A DNA stretch of 24,102 nucleotides from a candidate division WOR-3 bacterium (GTDB lineage: Bacteria > Hydrothermota > Tepidihabitantia > Tepidihabitantales > Tepidihabitantaceae): assembly GCA_011049385.1 (NCBI GenBank), contig DSBX01000201.1:1-24102 (forward strand), read 5' to 3'. The position numbers were made by a program, and so were the translations under genes. Below the pieces are notes generated by a model. The model was not told where the DNA came from and ran no database searches. It was given only the letters and a program-made list of their open reading frames with translations. This document shows positions 23,947 through 24,102 of this stretch, in pieces (positions within the stretch are counted from its first letter, which is position 1; the number at the start of each line of letters is the position of its first letter).

Positions 23947-24102
23947 CCCGCCGCCCGGTCAGGGGCCGGGTCGGCGGTTCCCCTTTGCCGGCTCTTGGCT
24001 TTTCGTCGGTATCGTCAAGGCTTCGGGACGGCGCTCAAGACGATGACCCCGGGGTGCTCCCTCCTCCCGCCACCCCCTCCCATTCGTAGTACGACGACCC
24101 GG

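Noticed and set aside
23370-24102. tRNA-Leu as an island integration site
   Set aside because: No integrase, no att duplication of the tRNA 3' end and no clear composition shift within the window
1-24102. CRISPR arrays, IS elements, rRNA, RNase P RNA, tmRNA
   Set aside because: No regularly spaced repeats, transposase motifs or diagnostic RNA signatures were seen

Overview
GC-rich bacterial chromosome segment. Near-consensus sigma70 promoters, a FlgD-Ig/T9SS-like sorting-domain protein and a TPR lipoprotein suggest a diderm anaerobe from an FCB-associated candidate lineage such as WOR-3 (inference only). Left: a secreted FG-GAP/FlgD-Ig protein and a small lipoprotein. Then an apparent 16-gene, ~10.5 kb operon: rpmH-rnpA-yidD-yidC-jag-mnmE-usp-EIIA-argS-iscS-like-iscU-Cys-rich microprotein-glutaredoxin-FTR/rubredoxin fusion-MTH1187-NTF2-like. 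Next come a structured ~180-nt intergenic RNA candidate with a terminator, a DegV-DAK2-TM-PAS fusion and a coiled-coil protein. On the minus strand is a TPR-Pro-rich-OmpA/Pal lipoprotein-pyrK-pyrD-pyrF-pyrE operon. Right: tldD-tldE, tRNA-Leu(CAG) and an internally duplicated SWIB-like basic protein. The strongest novelty is the Fe-S/redox module. Its IscS homologue has lost the PLP Schiff-base Lys and the substrate-binding Arg but keeps the catalytic Cys, and it is coupled to IscU, a 9-Cys microprotein and a Grx/ferredoxin:disulfide reductase pair. All alignments were done by eye against remembered reference sequences; no searches or folding programs were run.
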